DNA of 64,000 nucleotides from Octopus vulgaris (Eukaryota): NCBI GenBank assembly GCA_951406725.2, contig OX597831.1, positions 13,950,001 to 14,014,000 of the forward strand, read 5' to 3'. Shown piece by piece: positions 63,359 to 64,000 of this stretch (position 1 is its first letter; each line of letters starts with the position of its first letter). The notes under the pieces were generated by a model. It saw only the letters and a program-made list of their open reading frames with translations, ran no database searches and was not told where the DNA came from. The position numbers and the translations under genes were made by a program.

Positions 63359-64000
63359 TATATACACCACTCCACAAACTACACCCCATATACCATGACA
63401 TATACTATATTTTATACAGAAAAACATGTACTATATCCTGTACACCAGGTAAAAGTAAAAGTAAAGTTACCTTCTCCGGTCATGTCGACTCATAAGGACC
63501 GGTTTGCCGGTTTCCGTGGTGTATATACACATTTTCCGTGGTGTATATATTCCTCTCCTGGATGGGACGCTAGTCCGTCGCAGGATTACTCCTTTTTGCC
63601 AGTTGAGTGGACTGGAGCAAAGTGAAGTGTTTTTCTCAAGAACACATTGTGTCGCCCGGTCCAGGAATTTAACCCTTGACCTTATTGTGATTGTGAGTTG
63701 AATGGCTTGCACGCTCGACCATATGCCATTTCCTTATCAGACATTCTTGGATAAAGAGAAAAGACACAGAAAATAATATAATAGGATCCATTTTTAGGGA
63801 TGTTATTCATTAGAGGGTTACTAAATCAAGCGTAACCCGCGACTAATAAACAACAGCAACGACTATAAGTAACAGAGGTACGGCGACATTAACAACAACA
63901 GCAAGAACAATTGTATCACGTTTAAAATTATTGGTTCACAATGGACAATGAATATCTGGAAAAGGAAAAACAGGAGGGTCATGTATGGAATGCCTTAAGC

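Overview
AT-rich, microsatellite-dense animal genomic DNA. The tRNA-SINE families and the Tx1, R4-Dong and Penelope content point to an octopod cephalopod (inference). Almost all ORF-track entries are microsatellite translations or retroelement debris. Hidden among them, and invisible to the ORF track because its coding exons are only 5-103 bp, is a cluster of five-exon genes for small secreted 6-cysteine proteins. Gene A (minus, 2033-13750, 90 aa) and gene C (minus, 41595-51676, 116 aa) have intact reading frames. Gene B (plus, 23211-30783) is a pseudogene and gene D (58794-58830) is an exon-1 relic. A and B sit head-to-head in a ~32 kb inverted duplication whose introns are almost identical while the mature-peptide exons are hyper-diverged with fixed cysteines, the pattern seen in toxin, immune and reproductive peptide families. 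Other notable items: (GATA)n-associated Tx1 LINEs (two different ones at the same paralogous site), a SINE sharing the Tx1 3' tail, a nest of TAA-associated R4/Dong LINEs, Penelope remnants with hammerhead ribozyme motifs and fold-back ends, a Helitron-like insertion with its empty site, a solo LTR, mariner, Merlin and MITE elements, and an unusual A4T4 palindromic minisatellite. All alignments and counts were done by eye.
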